Origin: Fidelibacterota bacterium
Lineage (GTDB): Bacteria > Fidelibacterota > UBA2242
DNA: 64,000 bases
Assembly: GCA_016782645.1 (NCBI GenBank)
Contig: JADHYC010000003.1
Span: forward strand, 2,819 to 66,818
Reading direction: 5' to 3'
The notes under the pieces were generated by a model. The model was given only the letters and a program-made list of their open reading frames with translations. It did no database searches and had not been told where the DNA came from. How positions within the stretch are numbered: position 1 is the stretch's first letter; every line of letters begins with the position of its first letter. Shown here piece by piece: positions 17,748 through 28,600 of this stretch. Made by a program: the position numbers and the translations under genes.

Positions 17748-19673
17748 ATGAGTAAAACGTTTTTATTTTTTACATTAATTTTGATAGCGCTATTTTTTAT
17801 GCTGGGATGTACACAGGAAGTGAAGCAAGCCGAAGCTCCGCTTATTCCAATGGAGGACTTTTTTAAAAATCCCCAAAAAATAGCATTTCAACTCTCGCCC
17901 AACGGTGAATATTTAGCATTTCTACAACCGTGGGAAAATCGTTTGAATGTGCATGTCCAAAAGATTGGTGAGGATAAAGCGGTGCGAGTAACTGATGCCA
18001 CAGAGCGTGATATTGCAGGATATTTTTGGGCAAATAATAACCGTTTAGCCTTTGTTAAAGATAAGGGAGGTGATGAGAACTATAAACTTTACGCCGTTGA
18101 TGTTGATGCTTCAAACCTCAAAGAATTAACACCATTTGAAAAAGTACGCGTTCAAATTATAGATGATCTGGAAGACAATGAAGATGAAATGATCATCGGG
18201 CTTAATAAACGGGATAAAAGGATTTTCGATGCTTATCGTATTAATATTAATACCGGGGAAATGGATGTGATTGCCCAGAATCCTGGCAATATCACTGGCT
18301 GGTTAACTGATAATGATGGTCTTTTACGTGCCGCAGTTACTGCAGATGGCGTTAATACGAGCGTACTTTATCGCGAAAAAGAATCCGATGACTTTAAAAC
18401 AATCATTACCATGAGCTTTAAAGAAACATTAGCTCCATTATATTTCACTTTTGATAATAAAAATATTTATGCTGCTTCTAATTTAGGTCGAGATAAAACA
18501 ACCATTGTAAAATATGACATCGCTAATGCTAAAGAATTGGAAGTTATTTATGAACATCCCGAAGTAGATGTTTACAGACTACTCAGATCCAAGAAAAGGA
18601 AAGTAATTACCGGCGTGTCTTTCTTTACAGATATGAGGCACTACTATTTTTTTGACGATATGCGCAAAGACTTGCAAAAGATATTAGAAAAGAAATTACA
18701 GGGTTATGAAGTAGTTGTTGCCAGTATGAGTAAGGATGAAAGAAAGGTATTGGTAAGAACCTATAGTGATAAGTCACGTGGCGATTACTATTATTATAAT
18801 CTCGATACAAAAGAATTAAATAAGTTGGTTGAGATAAGCCCATGGCTTAATGAAAAACATCTGGCAGATATGAAGCCCATCAAGTATCAATCAAGAGATG
18901 GCTTGACCATCAATGGCTATTTAACCTTGCCAAAAGGTGTGAAAGCAAAGAATTTACCCGTAGTCGTTAATCCTCACGGTGGACCTTGGGCACGTAATCA
19001 CTGGGGATTTAATCCCGAAGTACAGTTTTTAGTCAACCGCGGCTATGCTCTATTGCAGATGAACTTTAGAGGTTCTACCGGCTATGGGCGTGAATTCTGG
19101 GAAATTAGCTTCAAACAGTGGGGCAGGACAATGCAAGATGATATAACTGACGGTGTTAAATGGCTTATTAATCAGGGCATCGCTGATCCTCAACGCATAG
19201 GTATCTACGGTGGTTCATACGGTGGTTATGCTACATTAGCGGGTTTAACTTTTACTCCTGATTTATATACCTGTGGGGTTGATTATGTTGGTGTTTCAAA
19301 TCTATTTACATTTATGAATACTATCCCGCCATACTGGGAACCATACCGCCAGATGTGGTACGAGATGGTTGGTGACCCCGAAAAGGATGCTGAAATGATG
19401 AAAGCAGCTTCGCCCGTTTTTCATGTTGATAAGATTAAAGCTCCTCTTTTTGTTGCCCAGGGCGCTAATGATCCACGTGTAAATAAAGATGAATCAGATC
19501 AAATGGTGGCGGCGTTGAAAAAACGAGGTATTGATGTTCCTTATATGGTCAAGGATAACGAAGGACACGGCTTTCGCAATGAAGAGAATCGCTTTGATTT
19601 CTATCGTGAAATGGAAGAATTTCTTGCGAAGCACTTAGAAGGAAGGATTTTAGAGAAAAAGGATTTGGATTAA
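17748..19673 (+). CDS. S9-family serine peptidase (prolyl oligopeptidase / acylaminoacyl-peptidase-like), lipoprotein
   Basis: Lipobox FFMLGC. The N-terminal is beta-propeller-like. C-terminal alpha/beta hydrolase domain with GGSYGGY (Ser), DPRV (Asp), GHGF (His). Strong SD AGAGGAGG. Confidence 0.85.
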   Translation: MSKTFLFFTLILIALFFMLGCTQEVKQAEAPLIPMEDFFKNPQKIAFQLSPNGEYLAFLQPWENRLNVHVQKIGEDKAVRVTDATERDIAGYFWANNNRLAFVKDKGGDENYKLYAVDVDASNLKELTPFEKVRVQIIDDLEDNEDEMIIGLNKRDKRIFDAYRININTGEMDVIAQNPGNITGWLTDNDGLLRAAVTADGVNTSVLYREKESDDFKTIITMSFKETLAPLYFTFDNKNIYAASNLGRDKTTIVKYDIANAKELEVIYEHPEVDVYRLLRSKKRKVITGVSFFTDMRHYYFFDDMRKDLQKILEKKLQGYEVVVASMSKDERKVLVRTYSDKSRGDYYYYNLDTKELNKLVEISPWLNEKHLADMKPIKYQSRDGLTINGYLTLPKGVKAKNLPVVVNPHGGPWARNHWGFNPEVQFLVNRGYALLQMNFRGSTGYGREFWEISFKQWGRTMQDDITDGVKWLINQGIADPQRIGIYGGSYGGYATLAGLTFTPDLYTCGVDYVGVSNLFTFMNTIPPYWEPYRQMWYEMVGDPEKDAEMMKAASPVFHVDKIKAPLFVAQGANDPRVNKDESDQMVAALKKRGIDVPYMVKDNEGHGFRNEENRFDFYREMEEFLAKHLEGRILEKKDLD

Positions 19674-19847
19674 TTTGGTAAAGCCTCTAATTTAATTTTT
19701 TCATTCTTTACAGATTTTAGTGTAGTAAGTATTCCAGTTGGAAATAAATCTTATATGTTTTTAATATTGTTATGATTATTGGTTAGTGTTTTTCTTAACT
19801 TTCCGATTCACAAATTTGTTAATTCATTTGGTAAAATAGAGGAAATT

Positions 19848-20804
19848 ATGAGTAAAAAGTATATAAAAGATTTGCAAGAAGGCGATTTAATATCAAATTA
19901 TTTTGGTGTATTGATTAAGTCGCTTCGAAAGACTAAAACGGATAAGGATTATCTCGATCTAATATTAGTTGATAAAACAGGAAGGATTAATGCTAAAGTA
20001 TGGGACAGGGTAGAGAATGTAAAAGATAATTTTGAGAAAGGTGATCCCGTAGCTGTTAAAGGTCTGGTCGTTTCTTTTAATGAAGAACTTCAGCTAAAAG
20101 TTGATAGTGTCAGGCGTGTTGATCCTGAATTGGATAAAAAATATGGGTTTAATTTTATGGATCTTGTGCCAACAACTGAGAAAGATATTAATCAGATGTG
20201 GGATGAAGTTCAGGAGTTCATTCAGTCAATTCAAAACCCATATTTGAAATCGGTAGTAAGTGATATTTATTTAAAATTTGGAGACTTAATAAAAATTTAT
20301 CCTGCTTCAATGATACTTCATCACCCGTATCGTGGTGGATTACTCGAGCATATTCAGTCAACGAGTAATCTGGCTGTATCAATTTCTAAAAATTACCCTA
20401 ATCTTGATGGAGACCTTGTTCTTACTGGAATATTGTTGCATGATATTGGGAAATTGAAAGAATTAGAACCAGATATGGCGACTTCATACACAGATGAGGG
20501 GAATTTTATTGGACATATAGTCCTTGGAAGAGACATTCTACTTGAAGCGATTTCTAAAATTGATAATTTCCCTGAGACTCTTAAACTGAAACTCGAACAT
20601 ATTATCCTCTCTCATCAAGGAAAATACGAGTGGCAATCACCTAAAGAACCGGAGTTTCTTGAAGCGTTGATAGTGTATTTGATTGATGAGATGGATACAA
20701 GGATCAACCAAATGAAAACTGAGATCGAGTCGGATAATACTGAGGGGGATTGGACTTCAAAGAAAAATTATTTTCATCGTCCTCTTTATAAAGGTGATTC
20801 GTAA
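19848..20804 (+). CDS. OB-fold + HD-domain protein, YhaM-like 3'-5' exoribonuclease
   Basis: OB-fold N-terminus (KVWDRVENV...GDPVAVKGLV); HD motif HHPYRGGLLEH...LLHDIGK. Start chosen at ATG 19848 (RBS-like gaggaaatt upstream). The ORF is open from 19779. Confidence 0.7.
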   Translation: MSKKYIKDLQEGDLISNYFGVLIKSLRKTKTDKDYLDLILVDKTGRINAKVWDRVENVKDNFEKGDPVAVKGLVVSFNEELQLKVDSVRRVDPELDKKYGFNFMDLVPTTEKDINQMWDEVQEFIQSIQNPYLKSVVSDIYLKFGDLIKIYPASMILHHPYRGGLLEHIQSTSNLAVSISKNYPNLDGDLVLTGILLHDIGKLKELEPDMATSYTDEGNFIGHIVLGRDILLEAISKIDNFPETLKLKLEHIILSHQGKYEWQSPKEPEFLEALIVYLIDEMDTRINQMKTEIESDNTEGDWTSKKNYFHRPLYKGDS

Positions 20805-20806
20805 AA

Positions 20807-20831
20807 CCGCAGAGACGCAAGGTCGCAGAGG
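20807..20831. repeat. Left arm of imperfect inverted repeat flanking the GxxExxY gene (ccgcagagacgcaaggtcgcagagg)
   Basis: The reverse complement of 21262-21285 is ccgcaaagacgccgtgacgcaaag, ~70% identical. Confidence 0.5.
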
Positions 20832-20860
20832 TTTATTATTTTATAGTAAAGAAAAAAACT

Positions 20861-21247
20861 ATGAATAGAGAAGAATATAACAGAATTTCTAAAATTATTT
20901 TAGATAGTTGCATAACAGTTCATAAGGAAATGGGACCTGGATTACTTGAATCCGTATATGAATTGTGTTTGATGAAGGAATTTGATCTTCGCAATCTCAA
21001 AGCGAATAATCAAGTTCCAATACCCCTTATATATAAAGGATTTGAACTATCAAGAGAATTCCGAATTGATATTCTGGTTGAAAATGCTATTATTTTGGAG
21101 ATTAAATCCTGTGAGAACCTGTTAGCAGTTCATAAGGACCAAATAATATCTTGTCTGAAATTAACAAAGAAAAAATTAGGCTTTTTAGTTAACTTTAATA
21201 CACCCTTATTAAAAGATGGATTCAAAAGATTTGTCAATAATTTTTAA
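20861..21247 (+). CDS. GxxExxY family protein (PD-(D/E)xK-like, PDDEXK_3)
   Basis: GPGLLESVYE motif; ~128 aa; family pattern ...EIKS. Confidence 0.85.
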   Translation: MNREEYNRISKIILDSCITVHKEMGPGLLESVYELCLMKEFDLRNLKANNQVPIPLIYKGFELSREFRIDILVENAIILEIKSCENLLAVHKDQIISCLKLTKKKLGFLVNFNTPLLKDGFKRFVNNF

Positions 21248-21261
21248 TAAAAATAGAATTT

Positions 21262-21285
21262 CTTTGCGTCACGGCGTCTTTGCGG
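21262..21285. repeat. Right arm of inverted repeat flanking the GxxExxY gene
   Basis: ctttgcgtcacggcgtctttgcgg; pairs with 20807-20831. Confidence 0.5.
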
Positions 21286-21310
21286 TTATTACAAAGATTT
21301 TTATTGAAAA

Positions 21311-21913
21311 ATGAACAACAGAATTAAGAGTATTGCATTCATGGGGATCTTTATTGCTCTTGTATTAGGAGTAGGTTATGCTTTAGCATTGGTACCAAAT
21401 GTTGAGCTAGTTACGGCAATGATTTTTCTTTCGGGTGTTCTAATGGGAATAAAAAGGGGTATCTTTGTTGGCATTATTGGGGAGTTCCTTTTTTCTGCTC
21501 TAAACCCTGTCGGATCCGGTTTGCTTTTTCCACCAATGTTAATTACTCAGGTTATATCTATGGGGTTTATTGGAGCAGTGGGTGGTTTATTGAGACAATA
21601 TATAATTAATTGGAAACCTAATCCGATTAATGTAATCGTTATTGGGGCAGTAAGTTTTACAATAACTTTAATATATGATATTTTTGTTTCGTTAGCTTTT
21701 CCTATTTCAGCTGGATTCAATTTTAAAGAAACTATTGGAGTTGTTATTACCAGTGGTATTGCATTTAGTGTAATCCATCTGATAGTAAATACAATTATAT
21801 TTATAACATTAGTACCAGTAACAGCACAGATGATTATTAAAGCCGTTCCATATTTTTCAGATGTTTGTAAAAGGGAGATGGAGAAACCACTAATGGACGC
21901 TAAATACCACTAA
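21311..21913 (+). CDS. Small polytopic membrane protein, ECF-transporter S-component-like
   Basis: ~5-6 predicted TM helices and ~200 aa, with the typical ECF S-component architecture. No diagnostic motif. Confidence 0.4.
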   Translation: MNNRIKSIAFMGIFIALVLGVGYALALVPNVELVTAMIFLSGVLMGIKRGIFVGIIGEFLFSALNPVGSGLLFPPMLITQVISMGFIGAVGGLLRQYIINWKPNPINVIVIGAVSFTITLIYDIFVSLAFPISAGFNFKETIGVVITSGIAFSVIHLIVNTIIFITLVPVTAQMIIKAVPYFSDVCKREMEKPLMDAKYH

Positions 21914-21917
21914 TAGT

Positions 21918-23699
21918 ATGATGAAAGTTAAAAAAATAAAAAAGCGTAGAAGAATATGGGTAGGAATTTGTATACTACTTTTTACTTTTATTAGTGATTC
22001 TGCATTTGGACAAATGGCAATGGGTGATACTTTATCTGAATTTAAAAACATTACATATAATATTTGTGATGAATTGTTGGAAAGAAGTGATTTTTTTGTT
22101 TTTTCTTATGATGATTGGGGATTCAAAGGTGTATTTTCTTTGCTAGGACTTCCTGCTTCAACAATTAAAATATGCTACAATGATATGCTTGAAAATGATC
22201 CATTGTATGGTCAGGTTCCTATGTCATGGTTAAATCCTGGATATACTTATATGGAGATTAATAGAAAATCCGGAATCTGCAATTTTTCGATTTCCTTTCC
22301 GGAAGATAAACGACCAATTTCGAGATTTGACTATTATAGAGGAGATTATAGTTTTTTAAACTTTAGAGCTATGGTGGCAGGGCATTTATCTGATAGAACA
22401 AAATGGTATTTTTCCGGCGAAAATTTAGGATATGATGGTGCAGTCTCTTTGTATGGTCCAGATAAATATAAATTAGGTGAAAGTTTATCTCAATCTTATT
22501 ATCTGGATATTAGAACTAACTTGAATAAATGGGTGTTTGATGTCGGTGCGGCTTATGAAAAATATATGCCAGGGATTTCTAATGTTTCATTAGCAATGAC
22601 TGGCTATCCAGTATGGACTTTTGCCGGAAGGAATAAAGAGTATCGAACGAATTCCTATATTAAAGCAAGCAGTGGAAGTGATAAGGATTCTACAATCGTC
22701 GGATTTCAAATTTCGAGTTTTTTATATAGAAATGCAAATGATAACAATATCTTCTCTTTTAGCGGAGAGGCAAGTCAGTTTTCGGGACTATTTAGGAAAG
22801 ACTTTGTATTGAAGAAACGTAAATTTACGCTGTCGTTTTTTCCTCTTGCTCATACAGTATATTTTAGGAACAGTGTTGAGAAAAAGCAGGTTCTATTTAA
22901 TATTAATTTGGAAAACAGTCGTAATGGAAAGTTCTTTGATTATGTATTAGAAATAGGTATTGCTAATAGAGAATTAGTAGGGTTTGCAGAATTTAAAGTA
23001 CCACTATTGCAAGAATTTAGTTCTTGTGTAAGTTATCGAAAGGACTACGCGCTTTATCCGATAATATATGAAGCACATTTTAATAATACTCCGTCACTGT
23101 TTCCTGGTGATAATGGATTTAGTTATTCAATTGGTTCAATGGATTTATACTATAATCAGAAATTTATCAGATCGCAGTCTTCTATTAAGAGAGTTAAAAG
23201 TGATTTTCTTATCCCTTTTAGAACAACTATTGATGATACATTACCAATGTACCGGATAGAAAACCTTGATATAATATATTTAAGTGAAGATATAAAAATA
23301 CAATTTCCATGGAAAACCAGTATCCATGGAAGAGTAATATTCACTCCTTCAGGTAACGATGATAAATGTTTACGATTTCAAGGATGGGGACGAGTTTTGC
23401 AAAAACTTGATCTGTTTCACAATAATTTGCATCTATATGCGGCAGGTGAAGTTGTTTATTATAATGGTGGTAGTTCTTTAGCATGGTTTGAAGAGTTAAG
23501 GAATTTTGGGGAAACTGGTACTAAATATTTTACAAATGAAAGGCTCAGCTTTACAACCAGGTTCGGAGCTCATATCGGGGATTTTCACGTTTTCTATGTT
23601 ATTTATAATGTTGAGGGGAGAAATTTCTCGACTTTAGCTTTAATGCCTTATAGAAATCGCCTTAAGATTTTAGGAATCGAATGGGCATTTTTAAATTGA
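21918..23699 (+). CDS. Hypothetical secreted protein (593 aa), possible outer-membrane beta-barrel
   Basis: N-terminal signal peptide. Rich in Y/F/G/N beta-strand-like segments. No recognised domain. Confidence 0.5.
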   Translation: MMKVKKIKKRRRIWVGICILLFTFISDSAFGQMAMGDTLSEFKNITYNICDELLERSDFFVFSYDDWGFKGVFSLLGLPASTIKICYNDMLENDPLYGQVPMSWLNPGYTYMEINRKSGICNFSISFPEDKRPISRFDYYRGDYSFLNFRAMVAGHLSDRTKWYFSGENLGYDGAVSLYGPDKYKLGESLSQSYYLDIRTNLNKWVFDVGAAYEKYMPGISNVSLAMTGYPVWTFAGRNKEYRTNSYIKASSGSDKDSTIVGFQISSFLYRNANDNNIFSFSGEASQFSGLFRKDFVLKKRKFTLSFFPLAHTVYFRNSVEKKQVLFNINLENSRNGKFFDYVLEIGIANRELVGFAEFKVPLLQEFSSCVSYRKDYALYPIIYEAHFNNTPSLFPGDNGFSYSIGSMDLYYNQKFIRSQSSIKRVKSDFLIPFRTTIDDTLPMYRIENLDIIYLSEDIKIQFPWKTSIHGRVIFTPSGNDDKCLRFQGWGRVLQKLDLFHNNLHLYAAGEVVYYNGGSSLAWFEELRNFGETGTKYFTNERLSFTTRFGAHIGDFHVFYVIYNVEGRNFSTLALMPYRNRLKILGIEWAFLN

Positions 23700-23761
23700 A
23701 TATTTATTATAGTTGATTTAACTTTGATTCAATCTAATTGATAATGAAAGGGAGGACAGAT

Positions 23762-25018
23762 ATGAATTATAAAAGAGCATTTTTTATTGTTGGAATAATT
23801 TTAATTTTTTCATTGTTACTTCTTGCTCAAGATATTGAAGAAAAAACAATTTATCTAAAGTCTGGTGGTAAAGTTACAGGTAAAATCATATCTACAGATC
23901 CTGAAACTGGAGATATTGAAATTCAAACGGCGTATGGTGTATTAGAAATTAAGGGAGAAGATATTCTCCAGGAAGTTGTCTCTATAATTTTGAAGTCTGG
24001 TGATAGGTTAAAAGGTTTGATTATTTACGAAGATAATGAGAAGATACACTTCCAATCCGATTATGGTTTGTTGAAAGTTAATAAAGGCGATATAGAACAA
24101 ATTGATTATGAATTGGAAAAGGGTGAGGGGAAAGTTTCTAAAATAGAGGAGAAGTTTAGCCTTGGTAAAGAACGTCAGATTGATGTTTTTTACGATCCCA
24201 CAGGCTATGTCTTAGATAAAGGAACTTTGTATGTCAGTGGACTTTCCTGGGGATTTGGAATTACAAATAGGTTGCAGATAACTTCTAAGTGGTCAGGTTA
24301 TTTTTTAGGTGATTTCAATGTCCGTCCCAAAATTCAGATTTTCAGAAAGGGCAGCTGGGAAAAAGAACATGCCTTATCTATTGGTGGACATATTCACATG
24401 AGATATATTCCTGATAAATATGAGTGGACTGAAAAAACCTTCCAATTTGAACAAGGACATTATAGTTCAGAAGGTTGGATAACTAGTCCTGATAGCACTA
24501 TTGATCTCTATTATGGAGAGTATTTGAGGATTGGATCGAAAGTGGAATTGGAAGAGGGTGAACGACGGTATAATGATGAATTTGGTTATATTGAGAGTGG
24601 ATGGGTTGATATAGATGAACCGGACAATCGTCAGTATTATGAGGTTTTTGCAGCTTATACTTTTTCAAGGGCACGAAAGGGAAAGGCCGGAAGGATATCA
24701 CATACGCTGGGAGCGTATTTAAGTAAATTTTCTAAAAGTGATGATTTTATGTATAAAATTTATTTGGGTGGTGCTGTAGATATAAGGAAAAATATTATTT
24801 TCAACTATGAAATTTATTATGATCCCTGGTATGTTGAATGGTGGAAAAGGACAGGTATATTTTATTATGAAGAAGATGAACTCAGCAAGACGAAACCCAA
24901 AAAGGAATATGTATCACCTTTCCATTTCGATATGGGATTTATTTATGCCTACAGAGATTGGCTGCGATTCGGAATACATTTTCAGCCGTATATATTTGCG
25001 ATTTATATGAAGTTTTAG
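23762..25018 (+). CDS. Hypothetical outer-membrane beta-barrel-like protein
   Basis: SD AGGGAGG before ATG 23762. The signal peptide is present. C-terminus ...IFAIYMKF ends with an aromatic residue, the OMP signature. Confidence 0.5.
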   Translation: MNYKRAFFIVGIILIFSLLLLAQDIEEKTIYLKSGGKVTGKIISTDPETGDIEIQTAYGVLEIKGEDILQEVVSIILKSGDRLKGLIIYEDNEKIHFQSDYGLLKVNKGDIEQIDYELEKGEGKVSKIEEKFSLGKERQIDVFYDPTGYVLDKGTLYVSGLSWGFGITNRLQITSKWSGYFLGDFNVRPKIQIFRKGSWEKEHALSIGGHIHMRYIPDKYEWTEKTFQFEQGHYSSEGWITSPDSTIDLYYGEYLRIGSKVELEEGERRYNDEFGYIESGWVDIDEPDNRQYYEVFAAYTFSRARKGKAGRISHTLGAYLSKFSKSDDFMYKIYLGGAVDIRKNIIFNYEIYYDPWYVEWWKRTGIFYYEEDELSKTKPKKEYVSPFHFDMGFIYAYRDWLRFGIHFQPYIFAIYMKF

Positions 25019-25652
25019 TTGGGAAGATGCTCAAACCGCTAATGCTCCAAAGGAGTCTAGGGAAACGCAAATGAGTGTGTTCTTTAACCGCTGCTTGTTG
25101 GCACATGGACTGTACGATTGACAAGACTAAGAATAACACTACGATTTAACACTATCGGGCTTTTAAACTGATAGTGGTAATTGTTGCCACATAGGATTAA
25201 CACCATGATTTACCTGTCCGGCTTTTTTTGACGGATTGTGGTGATTACAGGTTCTGCACTATAAACAATAACCTTTTCAAGGGTTTTCCAGTAGAAACAG
25301 TTGAAACTGTTCTTAGGTTAGGTGGACCCTTTTACACCACATTGAAACGTGGTGCTAATCTTAGTTGGAGTTTAAAAATCCGACAAATTAGGATTAACAT
25401 CAGACTTTCCCAAAGGGATCCATTACTGGGACAGTCTGGTGATGAGAGGGACATACCTTCCCCGATAACCTCTTCAGAGGTTTATAAAGTGCTAATCCCA
25501 TATTTACAAACACACTAATAGGAATGACACCAAGATTCACTCTATCTTCCAGCTTCTGATATATCGTAATATCAATTTATAAATCTGTGTAGATATTAAT
25601 TCCAGATAAAAAATATAATCATAAATTATATGCAGTTTAAAAGTGAGTTTAT

Positions 25653-28600
25653 ATGAAGTTTTTAAAAATACTTTTCTTTTATGCCATTTTTTTCGCTATC
25701 AGTTTTGCTCGACCTACCTGGGTTTCTCTTGATAGTTCCGATGAAACGAAGCCACTCGTTGAAGTCCTTTCCTCAAATCAAGATGAAACGGTGTTAAAAT
25801 TCCAATTAAATGGTTTTTATGTCGATGAAATTGAGATTAATGGTGAAATATATTCCATGTTTTCAGTTCCCAATCTTACAACCCTTCACAAAAAAAGTTT
25901 GCCTGATTTCCCAAAATTTACAGGAAGTATTATAGTTCCTGATGATGCAAAAATGATGTACACGATTGAATATGAAGATTGGGCTGAGTATAAATATTAT
26001 GCACCTGTTCCTTCTAAGGGTGCGATTTCACGAAACATTGATCCTGCGACCGTACCTTATGTTTTTAGTGAAATTTATGATAAAAACGAACCTTTCCCTG
26101 GTGAAAACATAGAGTTAGGAGCACCTTATATTCTTCGTGATTATCGAGGATTAACAGTTCGCTTTGTGCCATTTCAATATATTCCTGACAAAGGTATAAT
26201 TCGTGTTTGTAGAGAGATAGTTGTTAAAGTATCAAAAGTGGGAGCCGGTGAAATCAATACGAAATCCCGTGAGAGAGATTCCGCGAGAATACCGAAAAAT
26301 CTACAAAATTTGTACAAAGCTCATTTCATTAACTATGAGTACGTAACTCGTGGTAAATATGAGCAACTTTCGGAGCCAGGAAAGTTAATTGTTATTACTT
26401 ATGATGATTTTGTCAATGACGTGCAGGAGCTTGTTGATTGGAAAATCCAGAAGGGATTGGAAACGGACTTAGTTCCATTATCCACAATTGGAAGTTCTTC
26501 AAGTGACATAAAGGATTATCTGCAAGATCAATATGACAGTGAAGAGAGCTTTACGTATGTTATTCTTGTTGGTGATGCTCAGCAGATTCCTCCTCTTTAT
26601 GGAACGGTGGAGAGTGCTGCATCTGATGGATCATATTGTTTATTAGAGGGAGATGATTTTTACTCGGATGCGTTTATATCCAGAATTTCAGCGCAAAATT
26701 CTTCTCAAGTCTTGAATCAGATTAGCAAAATCGTCAATTATGAAAAGAGTCCGGATACAGGAGTAAATGCTGATTGGTATTCTAAAGGGACAGGTATTGC
26801 CAGTGATGAATTAGGTGGCACTGAGTTAAGAGATTGGGAAAGAGCTGATTTTTTGAGAGATATGTTACTGAGTTTTACATATACAGAAATTGATCAGATT
26901 TATGATCCTGGTGCTACATCATCTCAGGTTATTAATGCAGTAAGTGAGGGGCGTTCAATTCTTAATTACATCGGACACGGCTCCGGAACTTCATGGGGAA
27001 CGACTGGTTTCAGTGTTTCGCATGTATCGCAATTAAGCAATGGACACAAAATACCGTTTATTATTGATGTATCGTGTTCCAACGGATCCTTTACCGGATA
27101 TAGTGATTGTCTGGCGGAAGCATGGGTGAAAGCCGGCACATCAGAAAATCCCAAAGGTGCAATAGGTATGTTTTCTGCCTCTACAGGAGCGTCCTGGGTT
27201 CCTCCTTGTGTTATGCAACATGAAGCTATCGAACTGCTAACAACAAACCAGAAGCAGTCAGTTGGAGGTTTAGTATTTCATGGAATTTATGCTACTCTGG
27301 ATGAATATCCTGATAATGATGGAGTAGCGGTTATGGAGCAGTACAATTTATTTGGCGATTGCAGTTTAATTATTCGTACTACACCGCCGGATTATTTGTA
27401 TACTTCTCATCAGCCGGTTATTATCGTGGGTTCCCAGACTTTTGATGTATCGATGTCCGGAACTCCCGATGTGCTCGTATCGCTTTCAAAAGATAGCGTT
27501 CTCTATGCTTCTGGTGAAACAAACATAGCTGGATATGTCACACTTCAATTAAAGGAAGAAATAAATGAACCGGGTGAATTTATTTTAACTGCTACTGCTT
27601 TTAATAAAGTGCCTCTTATTAAAACAATTCAGGCAATTACTCCCGAAGGTCCATGGCTGACTTTTCAAGATTATACAATAGAAGATACTGGCTCAGGGAA
27701 TGGCAATAGAAAATGGGATTTCGGAGAGATGATAGATTTATATGTTTCGCTAAAAAATGTCGGCATAGACTCGGCTTTAAATCCTGTGACGAAAATATCA
27801 ACTGAAGACCAATACGTTGTTATCATACAGGACAGTTCGTCTTATCCTGATATTGACAGCGCAGGTGTTGAGCAGAATGAAGTTGCTTTTACAATGACGG
27901 CAAATGTTAACACACCAAATAGTCATTATGCTGAATTTCATATCGGCACGTTTGTTAATGATACATTAGGATGGGACAATAAATTTTCAATTCCAATTTA
28001 TTCACCATTGATTGGTCTCCTTGACTTTACTTTAAATGTAGTTGGTGGAAATGGGGATGATGTGTTTGATGCCGGTGAAACTGCTCAACTTATTGTTTCT
28101 CTGGAAAATACAGGTGGTTCCACTGCTGAAAATGTTGTGGGGACCATTAGTACTGATGATCAATATTTAACAATACAAAATGCGACTTACAACTATGGAA
28201 TCGTTTTTGCCGACGGTGGAACGGTTATAAATTCTTCATATCCTTATTTAATTGGAGCATTGCCAACAACGCCAGTTGAACATCATGTAGAGTTAAACCT
28301 GGCGATTACAGGTGATAATGGATATTTGACAAATCTGAGTATAGATTTTATCATCGGTTTTCCTGAAATTCTTGTGTGGGATAAGGATGGAAATCATAAT
28401 AGTGGGACAGTTCTGAATGCGTTAGTTACTGATAGTCTGGGAAAATCTTCAAATTATGTTATTGGTTCTTTACCATCAGATAATCTCAGCTATTATAAAG
28501 CAATATTTATATTTCTTGGTGTATCTCCCGACAATTATAAATTAACCGAGTCCGATGCAGAGCTATTGGTGGAATTTTTAAATAACGGTGGATGCATTTA

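Noticed and set aside
25430-25470. Hammerhead-ribozyme-like CUGGUGAUGAGAGGG...CCCCGAUAAC
   Set aside because: Lacks the obligatory GAAA after helix II and a proper helix II/III geometry. Only the CUGAnGA half of the core is approximated.
25019-25652. RNase P RNA or group II intron domain V in the GC-elevated spacer
   Set aside because: The conserved RNase P strings (GGAAAGUCCGG, AGGGUGAAANGGUGCGGUAAGAGCGCACC) and the domain V consensus are absent on both strands.
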